A DNA stretch of 64,000 nucleotides from positions 186,001 to 250,000 of the forward strand of contig MU058444.1 in NCBI GenBank assembly GCA_013265495.1, given 5' to 3'. Under the pieces are notes generated by a model. The model ran no database searches, was not told the DNA's origin, and was given only the letters and a program-made list of their open reading frames with translations. This stretch comes from Vicugna vicugna (taxonomy: Eukaryota). The position numbers and the translations under genes were made by a program. This document shows, piece by piece, positions 63,531-64,000 of the stretch (the first letter of the stretch is position 1; every line of letters begins with the position of its first letter).

Positions 63531-64000
63531 ATAACAGCAGTATTTGTGATAGCCAAGACATGGAAGCAGCCAATCAACAGATGACTGGATAAAGAAGATG
63601 TGGTGTATATATGTATACACAAAGGAACATTACTCAGCCATGAAAAAGAATGAAATAATGCCATTTGCAGCAACATGGATGGACCTGGAGATTATCATAC
63701 TAAGTGAAGTAAGTCAAACAGAGAAAGACAAATATCATATGGTCATATGGTATCACTTATATGTGGATCTAAAATATGATACAAATGAACTTACTTACAA
63801 AACAGAAATAGACTCACAAAGAAAACAAACTTATGCTTATCAAAGGGGAACGTTGGGGGGAGTGATAAATTAGGAGCTTGGGATTAGCAGATACAAACTA
63901 CTATATACAGAATAGATAAACAAGGTCCTACTGTATAGCACAGGGAACTATATTCAATAACTTGTGATAACCCATAATGAAAAAGAATATGAAAAGAATA
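63531..64000 (+). mobile_element. L1 ORF2 end + 3'UTR, running off the window end
   Basis: Translates to HYSAMKKNEIMPFAATWMDLEIIILSEVSQTEKDKY, followed by 3'UTR. Confidence 0.93.

Noticed and set aside
1..64000. CRISPR array, operon or other prokaryotic/viral defence system
   Set aside because: No regularly spaced repeat-spacer structure and no gene-dense region; the sequence is mammalian non-coding DNA

Overview
This is non-coding mammalian genomic DNA, most likely intronic or intergenic. It is probably from a camelid (alpaca, vicuna or camel): the young interspersed repeats are tRNA-Ala(AGC)-derived SINEs resembling the camelid vic-1 family plus cetartiodactyl-type L1 3' ends, and I saw no Alu, Bov-tA/BovB or PRE-1 elements. 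No host protein-coding gene is recognisable. The only ORFs with real homology are decayed L1 ORF2 pieces. The window is a mosaic of L1, SINE, MIR, L2, MaLR, ERV1 LTR and hAT elements, microsatellites and several CpG-rich patches. The most unusual structure is a perfect 112-bp inverted repeat (21770-21881 / 23659-23770) in sequence I do not recognise as a repeat family; it brackets a 1.8-kb segment containing a CpG island with ETS and CTCF-like motifs. Also notable are a 28-bp inverted templated insertion inside an L1, a MER41-like solo LTR with tandem GAS (STAT) motifs, a twin-primed L1 insertion and two exon-like segments. Repeat family names come from recalled consensus sequences and need RepeatMasker/Dfam confirmation. 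I found no convincing novel gene system.
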